64,000 bases of DNA. Source: Tricharina praecox (Eukaryota). The position numbers and the translations under genes are program-made. This document shows, piece after piece, positions 1-12,557 of the stretch (the first letter of the stretch is position 1; every line of letters begins with the position of its first letter). The stretch lies in contig NW_026250403.1 of NCBI RefSeq assembly GCF_024521635.1, positions 2,666,001 through 2,730,000 of the forward strand. Direction: 5' to 3'. The notes beneath the pieces were generated by a model, which was not told where the DNA came from, ran no database searches, and saw nothing but the letters and a program-made list of their open reading frames with translations.

Positions 1-1747
1 TGCATAAGGGACAATGGGACAATGGGACATGCCACTGATGGCCATCCCGGTGTGGGGAAGTTATTCTCAGTGTTGGGTGTGCTCTAACCATCATATCGTA
101 GTAGGAGGACAACTTACAAGTGGTTATCGATGCCATCGTGAGGATGGATGCACACGACCTTTGCCAGCTAGTTGCGCCCGAGTCCTGAATCCTGACCAGT
201 GAAAACGCATGCCCAAGTGGGGGGCAGCTAACCACAGCTCCACCTATCACAATTGACACCCACAGCCCTGCAATCCCAACCCGAGCTCAGTTGAGTCGAG
301 AGTCCAAAGAAATGGGATCGAGCGCAGTCACGACACGTGATTCCTTTCCTTTCCTTTCCTTTGTGACGGAGTTGCGTTCCGTTGTAAGTAGAGCATCTAT
401 GCTACCTGTCGTGTGTGTACCGAAGCGTCGGCGGACTTCTGGAATCTGGAGGCTCGAGAAACGAAGACGAAAATAGTTAGTTAGTTGGATAGGGATGGAT
501 GCCAGATGCCAGATGGGCGATGGGCGCTGATCGATCGTCGTCTCGCTGTGACTGTGGCTGCAGTGGCTTTAGCTGGCAGCCCTGTCCGTGGGCAGTGGGG
601 AGGGATCTGGGGCGGAGCCGCGAAGGCGGGCGGCCACGCACCACGCGGACGATCGACAAGAGTTCAAACACCAGCTGTTTTGAGCTTTTCTTTCCTTCTT
701 TCTGTGTTTCAAACGGCACTTTTTTTTGTCTCTTTTCTTTCCGGATTTGTTCCGAGGGTAACCAAATTTGTAGGGAGATGTATCTACAAAGAAGATGGAT
801 GGACATTGGACATTGGGCAGCATTTTCTCTGGGGTTTTATTTTTGTTCTTTTATTTTTACTTCATGTACCGCGTGCAGGACTGAGGATGCTGGATGCTGG
901 ATGCTGGAGCTGGACCGGCGCCGAACCGAACGGGCGGTTTGGGGTTTCCGTGCGGCGTGGAGTGAGCATACATACGGAAGGAAAGAAGGAGAAAAGGAGG
1001 AAAGGGAGGGAAACGAAGGTGCAGAATATGTAATAATAAAAGAGACAGCGCGGGGGAGATGGGGGGCGGGCTAGGTGGCTTTGGGCTTGCGGTGACGATC
1101 GACAGGCATAGGTAACATTGAAATTTTCTCGTGATGAAGAGAGGGAGAGGCCGCGAAACTCTGCTGACAGTCTGATTGTGGTGAGAGTAAAGTGGGATGT
1201 CTCCTTGAGTGATACGCGAATAGCCACACGAGCAAATAGACCGCCCGAACATCAGACTACAGATAGTCCGGCCGGCGATCATGGTCGTGGACATGACGAC
1301 GATCGACGAAACTCGCAGACGACGCCTTGAACGAGTCCACGCGTACGTAACCCTACCATAGCACCATAGGTACCAAGTACCCAAGTCCCTACTCGCGCGT
1401 GCATGCACACTGCACACAGCGTCGCTCCGCAGAATTCGTACCTTACATGAAGTGTTGCATCTCCATCTCCCTCCCCCCTCGCTCGCTCGCTTGCTTGGTT
1501 GCCTGGTTGGCTGCGTGCTGCCGGGAAAGAGCGGCGGCTCATCGCCCATCCCGAGCCCCTGCCCACCATCCAAATAATCACACCGTGACACACCGCACCG
1601 CGACACACTGCGACACACCGCACCGCCCCCGTTCCTTCCTTCCTTCCTTCCTTCTTCCCTTTCTTCCTTCCCTCCTTGTCTGTCGTCATCTCTCCCCGTT
1701 GGCTGCTGGCTGGAGCCTGGCTGGACTGCCGGCTGCGAACTGTGACT

Positions 1748-1768
1748 CCCCCCCCCCCCCCCCCCCCC
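1748..1768. repeat. poly-C run (21 nt) in the pyrimidine-rich region upstream of the gene at 2919
   Basis: Direct reading. A TTCC-rich tract at ~1634-1670 is nearby. Confidence 0.9.
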
Positions 1769-2918
1769 ATCCCTCCCTCCTCTCCCGCTCTTCTTACTCT
1801 AGAGCAGAGTAGTCCCGACTCCCGCCGCCCCCTCCCCCAAAAAGATAATCCCACAACTACCCATATCCTCACCCCCTGGCCAAACCACAATCAATGCCAC
1901 GCCTCACCACAACCTGAGCCCGCTCACACACTCACACACTCACGCTCACACGCTCACACACACACGCTCCCTTGACATTCAAACAGCCCTTCGAAACCCC
2001 AAACCACCTCCAACTACCAACGTCACCATCACCACCACCACCAACTGCACCCGCTAGACCCCTTCTCCCCTCACTCTCGTTCCACCCTTCCCAACTGCCA
2101 ACTGCTAGCCTCGTCTTCCCTTCTTCACTCACGTTCGCTTCTCAACGCCCCAGCAGCAATCTGTGCGGCCAATCTTGCAATTTACCCAGCTTCTCCGTAC
2201 TCTACATTCTACTCGTTCTGTCCTATTGCTCTACTCTACTCGTTCCACTCTAGAGCACTCTCTTGTCGCCCACAAAATACCTCTCCCAATAACAAATAAC
2301 AAAAAGAGTCACGTCATGCCTGGACTGTAATCAATCAATTCCCCCAACATACCCCAGCGCCCTACTTCATTCCGGAAAACCAGTCGGTTCTTGCTGCAAA
2401 TACTGCAATCACCATTCCATATTCCCGGCCTGCTTACCGTCCACTGCCCAGAGCGAGGGACCGGACAGACAAGTCTGCCTCTCCGCCAACAACAACCGCA
2501 ACCATCGAGCTCGTGACCGTGAGCTCGATTGTTCGATGTTACAGCTCGTGCTCTAGTTCATCCAACGAGTAAGCCTCCCCGTCCGATAGCCAGTCGTTCA
2601 GGAGAATATTACTCCGCCCCCGGCTGCTTTCCCGTCGTGCAAACTCAATTGGCTGCTTCCAAATAAGGCACCGAGTCTGACCGAGTCAATAGGATCCCGA
2701 GAATCACCTCAACAACATCCACATCCCCTTCCCACCACCACCATTCCAGCTCGATCGTCCAATCCTCTTCACATTCTCGTGTGCTCCAATACTACTACTG
2801 CCTGCCTATCATTAGATACCTGCACGACATTCCGCCGCCATCTGTCTGCACCTGTCATTATCAACTCGGGGCCGGCGCCATCCGCCTGAGTTGAAAGAAA
2901 AGAACAAGAAAAAGTAAA

Positions 2919-5695
2919 ATGGCTTCCCCAACCCCCATGGATATCCTCTACGGCGATGGCCCCGTGGTCCCCTACCGCAAGCCTTCGCAGGAATCCTCGC
3001 CTCCTCCTTCTCCCTCTCCGACGACGACCACGAACATACACCGGTATGACCATGTGGATAGGGAACTGACGAGTCCGCGGTCCCTGCCGTCGTTTTCCAC
3101 ATCGTCTACGCCCGCGCCTCCGAAACCTGCGCCTCTCGATACGAATGTGAACGCCTCCTCCGCACGGCCGAAACTACCGGGACGACAAGAGACGCCGCCA
3201 TCACCACCCAACTCGGTGCTGCTGCAGAGCAATCGGGGATCGCCCATCACTCCGGTGGATAACATGGGGGCCGTAGATTCAAAGATTGTTCAAGGACACG
3301 GTGGTGGCAGTGGTGTCGACTCGCAACACAATTCGTTGATGGAAAAGTTCACCAGGGTTTTCAGAGGCCACAAACGCGGGAGTTCGGAAAATAGTTGGTC
3401 TACGACCAAGGGTGGATATCGGAGACATCGGAAGGATAACTCCCATTCGACGAATAGCACCGGGAATCCACTCTCACTACACTATCCCATGGCGTCGTCG
3501 CATACTTCGTTGCAGGATGACCTTGAGCCCACAATAGAGAAGCAGGGGCTCTATCCACACAACAAGAACATCAGCCCAAACATCAGCCCTATAAGCGCCA
3601 TTAGTGCCAGCCAGGGATATGTTGGGAGCAGCACGGGGAGGAGGATTATCAATGGAGGTGAAGTGAGGATAGAAATCTTTCCGCAACAACAACAGCGACA
3701 GTCGACGGTGAGAGATGTGGCACTTTTAGGCCACAACGACGGAAGTATGAAATACTACGACTACTACACGAGGTCGAAACCAACCAGTCCCGCTGGTACA
3801 CAAGAGGACGACATCTCCGAACATGACATCTCGCCGGTTAGATTCGTGCCTTCACTCATCCCAACAACGCAACCCCAGCATCGAACGTTGCGATCACGAC
3901 ATGATCTTGTACGTAACGGAACGGTGGATACTCAGTCTTCTTCGGAAAGTCGGGAGAGGAGGTATGTGGAGGAATCTATGGCTCGGGAATATGGGGGGTT
4001 TCAGTTCGAGGTTACGACCGACTCGCCAACTTCATACGCTCCCGTCGGCATGCCCAGGACCGAGAGTGAGACCTCGTCGAGGCCGTTCGATCGCACCAGC
4101 AGGAAAGCGAGCAGTGGTGTTCTGAACGATCCATCGCGAAGCGATTCGAGCAACTCGCGGAGCCAATCGTCACTGACCAGGAACGGCACAACGGGGAGCA
4201 CATCGAGGCGACCGGTAATGAGCAGGGAAATATCGTCGAGCTCGTTCATCATCAACGGGCGAATATCGACGCAGGGAGCCGGCGGCAGCACGACGGAAGA
4301 GCAATTTGCGCAAGGATTGAAGAGACTGAGCAAGATATCGGCAGGAAGTGGGGTGAGCGGAGTTGCTATCGTCGTTACCGCCGACGGGCCTGCATCTACG
4401 CGCCGCTCCGCAGGGAGCGACGGCGCAGACGACGACGACGATCGTCATGGTGGAAGCAAGTGGACGCGGGAAGAGAAAGGCAAAGCGAGAGCGCCGTCAT
4501 CTGAGCCCGGCACACACGACCAGAGGAGTCATACGCGGTCGCGAAGCGGGCAGAGCGAGTGGACGATCGGCACGGCGCCTACGCGCAGCAGCGACGATTA
4601 CGACGACTCGAAAAGTCTGATTCCAGCGATACCGGACATCTTACAAACCCGGAAGCTGAAAGCACAAGAACCCAACGAGGATGTTATCGTGCACCCAGCG
4701 GACCCGAGATACGAGTTGTAAGTTTGCCTTTTTGCAGTTCCCGTCCGCTCGGACCAGTGCATATAGGATCATTGCTGACCGCATCAAGCACTTACCGTAT
4801 GCGCCAGACATCGGATGACAACCCGGTATTTGTACCACAATACCGTTACGACGCACCGTTCTCGTTTCCCAACCGCAACGCGCTTGGTGCGCCCACTCCT
4901 GCGCAACCTCCCAAACCCGCAGATGGCTCCCAGTACCCGTCGTCGTCGCCGCTGGTAAATCGTGTGGGTGGTTCGCTCCTCAAGCGACCGCCAAGTGCCA
5001 TCCTACGTTCGCCTGTTACCGACCCGTTCGTTGGTGATATCCCGCAAGGAGACGACACGTACGACGTGCCACCGGGTAAAGGTCAGAAGGCCAGGGTGTC
5101 TCAGACTCATCCCGCATTGAGAGAAATAAGGAACGGTGGCAGCTTGACCAGCCTAGAGATTTTTGGGAGCGGCATGAGGGCTGGTACTTTCGGTGCGGAA
5201 CACAACAGACTCGACACTGGCAGATCTTCCCAAGATGTCGCCACCTCCGAGGATGGGCAGAGAATTACATGTCGCGATAATGGCCTGCTTCGGCCACCAC
5301 AAGAAGCCCATCGTTCCAGTTGGGACCCGTCACGGTTCCTCGGCCAATTTCCCGCGCGGCCCAGACAGTTTATGCGTCGTTCCTTGACGCCACACCTGTA
5401 CAGCCCGCAAGACGTCGACATGGACCCAGCAAAGGTCGACCAGGACCACAGTACTTTACACCGACAACAGAAGATCGGTCGGCTGCTGCTACTGGCGTGT
5501 GTGCTGTTTCCACCATTGTGGTTCGTGATGGCTTGCGGAGGGTTTGATACCTTTGTCGCGAACTGGACAACTGGGGCAGTTCGCGGAGTCGGAAGCGTCG
5601 AGAGGAAGATTGCGTTGGTCCTTGCTACTGTTGCGTGCATTGGTGCTGTGGTGGGAGTGATCGTGGGCATAAGTGTGGCATCCACAGCAGCGTAG
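2919..5695 (+). CDS. Ser/Pro-rich hypothetical protein with two C-terminal transmembrane helices (2 exons)
   Basis: ORFs 2919-4721 and 4559-5695 join in frame through intron 4718-4788 (GTAAGT...GCTGAC...AAG; TT+C=Phe). The C-terminus has hydrophobic segments LLLLACVLFPPLWFVMAC and IALVLATVACIGAVVGVIVGISV. Confidence 0.8.
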
Positions 5696-6791
5696 AGGGT
5701 GGGGACAGTCCATGAAGGTGTACATATATCCATCCACCCGCACCATGACACCGGCAAACGTCTTGTTTCCTTCTGTTTTTAACTCCAACATCTGGAACGC
5801 ATCATTACTTACTCTCATACCTATCTCTCACACCTCGTCTTTTCCTTTTGTTGTTTTTCCTTTTGCTTGCTTCGGTCTTGGGGAAGTTATTCCACACATA
5901 CAAGATACATGGATGGGTTATCAGGGCGTTCTTCTGTTTTTTTCTTCTTTTTTTTTCTTCTTGGCTTTGGCTTTGGTTGTTTTCAAGGGAGTGCGCAGTA
6001 CCTACTTTACTCTACAGTTTAGTTTTTTTGCTTTGCTTTTTTTTGCGTGCTTTTTGCGGGTATCACGGCGGTGATGGTGAGGGTGATGGTGATGGCGGAG
6101 GGGGTTATTGCTTCTTGTATATCATTTAGGGGCTGGAATTGCGGTTTGGAATTGCGTGGGGGGGGCTCGGTGGTTGGTCGGTTGGTTGCTTGTGTTTTGC
6201 TGAGCGGAACATTTCCGCTCGTTCGTTCGACTTTTGGGGGACGGGACTGGGACTGAGACGGGACTGGGTTACAGACACTGGGTTACAGATATCACACCGA
6301 AGGAAGTCACTTCCTTAATATTTCCTTTTGCTTTTTGCGTTTCTTGGTGGTGGTGGTGGTGGCGGCGGTGGGTTCCAATGGAGAGTTCTATACTACATTA
6401 CGCTAGGAATAAATTAGCATCGAATGTCACTCGACGGATACTAGTGAACACACTCGATCATAATGATATTATGTGCGGAGAAAGTAGTGGTTTCATTTCC
6501 GCAGTGCGGTCTACTATACACGTATCTTAGAGGTCACATGCAATTTGAAGATAACAAAAACGGAAATGGAAACAAAACGGAAACAGCAGCAGTGATAGTA
6601 ACAGCAACAGTAGCCTTCGTCACTTTTGAGTCTGGAGAACCCAGTCCAATCCAGTCCAGTCCAGTCCGACGGGGGAAGTATTTCATTATTTCATCTCTCA
6701 CAGGTACTATGTAGGTAGGTACACTCATAGCTCCGTCCGTCCACTCCTCTATCCGGGTTTCCATCATTATCATTATCATTATCATTCCTTC

Positions 6792-7151
6792 ATGTCCCCC
6801 CACCCCCACCCCCACCCCCTCCTCCTCCTCCTCCTCCTCCTCCTCCTCCTCCCCACCCTCCACCGCCGCTCCCTCTCCGTCACCACCGCGCTCCCGCTTG
6901 CCTTCGTCGCGGCGATAGCCGTTCTCGCGCCCGGCCTATGGCTAATCCGTTTCCGCCGGCAACGTCGGCGGCGCCGCCAGGCAGCGTTGCGGCGCGAGCA
7001 GCTCGACGTCTGGATTCCGGCTGGCGATGACAGCGACGGACGCGGGTACCGCGGCGTCGGTGTGGGACGCGTGGATGTGCGGCGCGAGGGCGTGACTGAG
7101 CTTGGCGAGGTGGATGGGGTGGGCGGGAGGGTGGTTGTGGGGGTTGTGTAA
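6792..7151 (+). CDS. small putative membrane protein (poly-Leu N-terminus, one TM helix, Arg-rich stop-transfer)
   Basis: 119-aa ATG ORF in a GC-rich island. L11 is encoded by (CTC)11, and TM ALPLAFVAAIAVLAPGLWLI is followed by RFRRQRRRRR. No homology recognised. Confidence 0.45.
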   Translation: MSPHPHPHPLLLLLLLLLLLPTLHRRSLSVTTALPLAFVAAIAVLAPGLWLIRFRRQRRRRRQAALRREQLDVWIPAGDDSDGRGYRGVGVGRVDVRREGVTELGEVDGVGGRVVVGVV

Positions 7152-7183
7152 ACTACTGTAATATATAGAGGGGGACCGGGGGA

Positions 7184-8784
7184 TCAGTAGATCCCCCTCC
7201 ACCCCCTGCTTTCGCGCTTCATTCCGAGTCCCACGTACCGTGCGGCCGCGAAAGCGAGGAGGGCGCCGACGTAGCTGGCCGCGGTGAAGGCGATGAGGCC
7301 CTGGTACCCTCCGCTGCTCGCGGCAACGATTTGTCCCGCGATCGGGATTCCCGTCAGCGTCGCGAAGCTGACGAAGAAGTAGCACGTGCCGTATTTGGTG
7401 CCGTATTCGCGCGTGTTACAGATCTGGCCTACGCATACGGGCGTGAGCGAGATGCCAGAGCCGGAGCCGAAGCCGTAGAGGAGCGCGAAGAGCGTCATCA
7501 CGGATTGTTTGCCCACGAGCGTGGGGATGTAGGCCGCTGGGAGCCACAGGGAGAGCACGGTCAGCAGGCAGAAGGAACACGTTAGCAGCATGATGTTGAA
7601 GCGCCCTGTCTTGTCGGCGACGAGCCCGGGCAGCCACCGTCCGAACACGGAGCCGACGTTGAGGATCGCGAGCATCTGGTAGGAGAAGGCATATGGTAGG
7701 CCGAGGTGCAGAGAGTATGAGGTTAGGTAGGTTATCGGGATGAAGACGGCCCATTCGATCATGAACACGCCGACGGTAGTGAGGGAGAACCGGGGATCAG
7801 CAAAGGCTGTGAGATCGATTTTGACGGAGGTGATGGCGTGGCGGAGGGATGATTTATTGTTTGCGGATGTGGAGGAGGAGCTGGGAGGGTTGATAATTGA
7901 TGTCCGGGCTTTGATCAGGACGTTGCCTAGGATGAGGAAGGTGAGCACGATGAAGCCGACTATACGGATTGCCCAGCCGAAGCCGACGGAAGGGATGGCG
8001 GCTTGGATCACGAGCGGGAAAATGATTCCGCCGATGGAGCCGCCGGTCGTGGCGACGCCCGTGGCGTACGCGCGCTTCTGGAGAAACCAGTGCCCGACCG
8101 AGGCTACCGCAGGAGTGAAGATGAGTGATGTGCCGATGCCGCAAAGGACTCCGAAGGAGAGCATAAAGTGCCAATATACTACATAAAACGTCAGTTTTTC
8201 TGGTCATCGATTGGAAATGGGAATACAAACCTGTAGAGATGCTGAACAACATCAATCCCACCACTAAACACACCGTTCCCAGCACCAACAGTGCCCTCGG
8301 TCCAAACGCATCAAATATCGGTCCTGCAATCATCAGCCCATCCCATTCCTCCATTCGTTGACGTCGCAGAACATGTGTACATACCAATTTGTATCCCGCC
8401 GAAAAAGCTCAGGAAAGAATACATTCCAAAGATCCACCCAATCTCACCCGTGGAGTGTCCCGAAAGCTGGTGTTCGCTGAGGTGTGCGTGCAATGTCCCA
8501 ATGGTGTTCATGACGCCAAAGCTAGCGATCATCGAGATGCAGCTGCCGAAGACCACCGTCCAGGCTCCCCGGCCGCCTTCGGGGTATTCCACCTCTGGCC
8601 CTTCATCATCATCGGAGGAGGCGGAGCTAGGTTTCTCCGGGTCATGCTCGGCGGAGGGGTGGGGGCGTGTAGCCGATGTATGCGAGAGGGAGTGCGAGAG
8701 TACTGGGAGATCGGTCGGCGCCTGTGTGGTACCCACGTCGTCGTCGCCGGCAATGTCTCGGAATCCGGTGGTGTTCGAAGACAT
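7184..8784 (-). CDS. MFS monocarboxylate-porter family transporter (Mch4/Mch5-like), 3 exons
   Basis: YPEGGRGAWTVVFG N-terminal motif, GPIFDAFGPR, VGHWFLQKRAYATGVATTGGSIGG and GRWLPGLVADKTGRFN, with multiple TM helices. GT-AG introns near 8324-8384 and 8180-8231. Confidence 0.92.
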
Positions 8785-10520
8785 CTTCCAATTGAATTCC
8801 GAATGGCAATGAGACAGAGGATCCGAGTCAACTTAAGTACATATGGTAGCCGGTAGGTAACCTCCGCCACCAAAAAGATGGACAAGCTACCCGCAGATCT
8901 AGCGGGTTCCGTAGACAGGCTAAAGGCTACGCCTGCCAGTGTCGGATTGGATTGTTCGTTCTGTGCGCGTGAGACCGAGAGAGTTGGATTGGCGCAAGAA
9001 ATGTAGGTACTCTCACTCCCCACAGTCCCCACAGGCTGGCAAAGAAGCTTTAAGCTTAACGGCCTTTCCAGAGCGTTCAGTGTGTTCCAGACCCCCACAA
9101 TACCCATCCAGACTGCGATGTTCCAAAGCGAATGTTCGTTTTCTCAGGCCGCGATCTGCAGGAAGGGTGGGGGCGGTTTTTATACACGCTTCGGCCATCG
9201 CCGACATGTTGAAAAGCGACTGCACGGTACATGCATACATATCCAAAGCGCGAAGAAAGAAGCGACGGGGAGAATAGATAACCTTGAAGCTTGTCCAAGC
9301 CGGATATTGCGGATGCTTAGACTGGTCTGGAAGATGCCATTGAGTTACGTAATTGCCGAAGGAAAGCGTGCGCTGTCTGCAGGAGCGGACCGAGAGACGG
9401 TGCCGGCCGGTCGGGTACCGTATGGCTGGGTCTTCGGGCTACGGAGAGCGAGGCTGCGAGACCAACAGCACATATCGTGGGGAGGTCCTGTTGGTGGGAG
9501 AGAACATCAAATTATTATCGCATACGGCCTGTCTAGACTATGGCGATCCTTACCCGGCCCTTCCTGCCAGACCCCGCTATGTACCTTGCGGTTCGTCACT
9601 GTGCTACCTACCGGTATTCTGGCAGCTGGAAAAGTCATCACAACAGATGGTACCGGATGACTAGCGGTATGATGGCGTTCGTTCATGGCCTCAAGCCCAC
9701 AATCGGCTAATCAGCGCATTTACATCTTTCTTTAGGAGGATGATTCGCTTGGTGTTGAGACTGTGCGGTTGACTTGACACGTGACCCTAAGCATTTGTAG
9801 ACAAGCACCAGCTTGGTTTAGAGGAGCCGACCCTTCCAAGACCTACTTACCAAATGCGTGTAAAAGGTCAACTCCACATTCCAGAAGGGCTTGCTTCTCT
9901 TTCCCCACACTTTCACTTCTCCACTCGACCTACCAGTAGCTTCCAAGTTAGAGTTCGGTACACTTCAACTCGCGCTTCAGGTTGCTGCTAACTACAGGCT
10001 TGCGATTTCTACCGTATTATCTTGCCGTTGCTGTGGACATGTACCCCGCCACTGAACTGCACACTCCACCAACGCCTGATTGGTTCATTTGGTCAAACAG
10101 TCTTGACAGGACGTGGACGGGAAGTCTGGAAATCAGCCCTGGATTAGTTATCCCCTCAAGACAGCGCCACTAAACAAATCAAGCGCTGCATGCCACAGGG
10201 CTGAGTCGATGGTGTTACTGACGCCCATGCTCGCAGGCCGGTGTCCGACATCCGGCTTTCTAGTAAAAAGTCAACAGCAGTCGTCCTCATATTGCACTCT
10301 TCCAATCACAATGGGCGTTCTGCACCAAGCGATATACCTATGTTTGGCATTTCGACTTCGTATTCAGTCGTTTCGGAGACTCAGCCTTGTCGATCCTACT
10401 ACTAAGCCTCAACGGTGGCTGTGTGATGTTAATGGGTTGCTCTGCTGTGATCGTTGATATAAATTGAACGTAGCCTCTCTAGATCGCCATGCATGTAGTG
10501 CAGAGTGCATACCTTCGAAC

Positions 10521-11234
10521 ATGAACCCCACATCCGTCAAACCAAGGACCCCTCCAATCGACCCGATGGCAGACGACGACCGTAAATCCTATCCATCCCT
10601 CTCGTCGTCGCCGCCCGCCTACAAAGAAACAGCGGACGCCCGCCCTACAAGCTCATCCTCCACCTCGACCTCCACCGCCGCCCCCGTCAAGACCCTGCAC
10701 GTCTACCACTTCCCCGCCGCCAACTTCCAGCGGGCCCACGTTATCAAAAGCGCCGACAAGTTTACGGTCGAATACACGGTGACCTACCACACGCGCAACC
10801 CGTTCTCCTCTGGGTCGGCGGCGGACATCCTTGTCTACCGCGATGGGGTCGTGGGTGACGTCATCCTGCACACCTTCTCCACCAAAATCCACTGCTCGAC
10901 GGTCGAGAGCGATGGTGTGAAGAGACCGTTGGTGCTCAAGCCCGCCGGTGCGTTGAGCAGCAGCTTCCGCACCGATTTTGGGCGCATGGGTGGAAGCGTC
11001 GTGTGGAAGGCGACGATGAAGGATACCAGTATGTGGAGCTGGGGGAATTTGAAGTTGGTGGAGGAGGGCACCGGGAGGGTGATTGCGAGGTTCATGAGTA
11101 GTCAGCACAAGAGCGTGAAGAAAGTGGGACGGTTCGAATTGTGGGGCGAGAAGACAGAGGATCCGGAATGGGTTACTGCCGTGGTTACTACCGGGCTCGG
11201 GCTGTTGGAGTGGGATAGGCGGTTACGGACCTAG
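10521..11234 (+). CDS. hypothetical fungal protein (beta-rich domain with hydrophobic C-terminal helix, tubby/LURP-like architecture; N-terminal PPAY)
   Basis: Intronless ORF with coding-like codon bias. Start is at 10521 or 10566. It ends ...VIARF...KVGRFELWG...WVTAVVTTGLGLLEW. Confidence 0.75.
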   Translation: MNPTSVKPRTPPIDPMADDDRKSYPSLSSSPPAYKETADARPTSSSSTSTSTAAPVKTLHVYHFPAANFQRAHVIKSADKFTVEYTVTYHTRNPFSSGSAADILVYRDGVVGDVILHTFSTKIHCSTVESDGVKRPLVLKPAGALSSSFRTDFGRMGGSVVWKATMKDTSMWSWGNLKLVEEGTGRVIARFMSSQHKSVKKVGRFELWGEKTEDPEWVTAVVTTGLGLLEWDRRLRT

Positions 11235-12557
11235 GCGGATGTGATGCAATGGTTCGGGAGTTTTGGATTTGTGACTGGAGCATATGTAACGGCTATACCA
11301 ATGTGATTCTTTGATCAATTTTGCATATGTTCATCGGGTCCTTTGATATGATCTCCTTGACCTCCCCATCAAGCTTAACTACAGCCTAGAATACAGCAAA
11401 CCAAGTGGTTGATGTTCCAGGCAGGGGAGTGGTGCGACGAAGGAAGCTGTGGCCTCCAATCAATTGGCCAGCTAGCCCAAAGATGTCAAGGTCAACAACC
11501 GCCTCTACCGCCGAGACTGCCATCGGCATTGCTCCAAATTCGATTCCACGGCTATCGGTAGATAAACATAGCTGGGTGTCGTGCTCACTGGGCGGGGAGG
11601 ATCATAGACTCCACCAGAGCCGGAGCCGGCTGCCTCACAAGAGATGATTAGAAGACCGAAAGGCGGGAAGAGTTGTTGTCGTTGTGAATGCCGATACCAC
11701 TTCTGCTTTAGGAATGAGATACACTCATATATAGCAGCGCGTAACCAAGTGCCGCCCTAAGAAATCAATACACCCAGTTTTGCTACAGGCACAGTGCCTG
11801 CACGATCCACTCGCACTCCACTCTAGTTACTATACTCTATCTTCTCTGTCGGTGATTACTCAAGCAACTTCGATTCTACACCTCAACACCAGATGTCTTA
11901 ATGCGTGTTTTCCACCCCCCGAAGAGGAAGTGGATCCGAGAATTGACGCTGTGTATCTACCGGGCAGGCGCGGCATTCACTGGTGTAGCACATGTAACAA
12001 GCCAATTCCGCATCGCCGTTGGGATGCGGATGCGGAGGCGGCGAGCGCCGGATCGACAGTACATACAAGCTTCATATGTACCTGCCCGAAGAAGCGCCGT
12101 ACGAACTAGCGATAGGGAAATTGCTTGAGCACTTACCAGACCTGTCGATATTCCTTTCTCCGGCGGGGGACATACTATGTGGATTACTCCGATGCCGCGT
12201 TCATTATCTGGACCTGGGACCTAAACCTGGCCCGTAACGTCATTTAGTTGCACCGTATCGATATAACACTGGACACTGGGGCTCCACTACATCGTCGTGT
12301 GGTGAATTGTTTGCATTGGGATGGTGACTTCCCAGGCCTCGGTATTGCCATCATCCCTCCGGGAAAGCCATGGTCTGTTAGCAGCCCTCATGAAAAGAAC
12401 GGTATTAATATCCGTTGAGGAGGACGGGCGGGTACGTGAGGTGTACCAAGTACTTAACCTGGCACTCCCGCACATGCTCTAAGCTCTTCTTCACGCTTTC
12501 GAGGAGCCTTGGTCTCGGTATCCCTTCGTTGGATTCTAGAATTTTCATAGCTCGATC

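Noticed and set aside
1-2900. Many 60-250 aa ORFs in the first 2.9 kb
   Set aside because: Low-complexity purine/pyrimidine tracts typical of UTR or intergenic DNA, with no coding signature.
11780-12237. Short overlapping ORFs, one with CSTC...CTC
   Set aside because: The Cys-containing frame has no ATG and no convincing splice model or homology.
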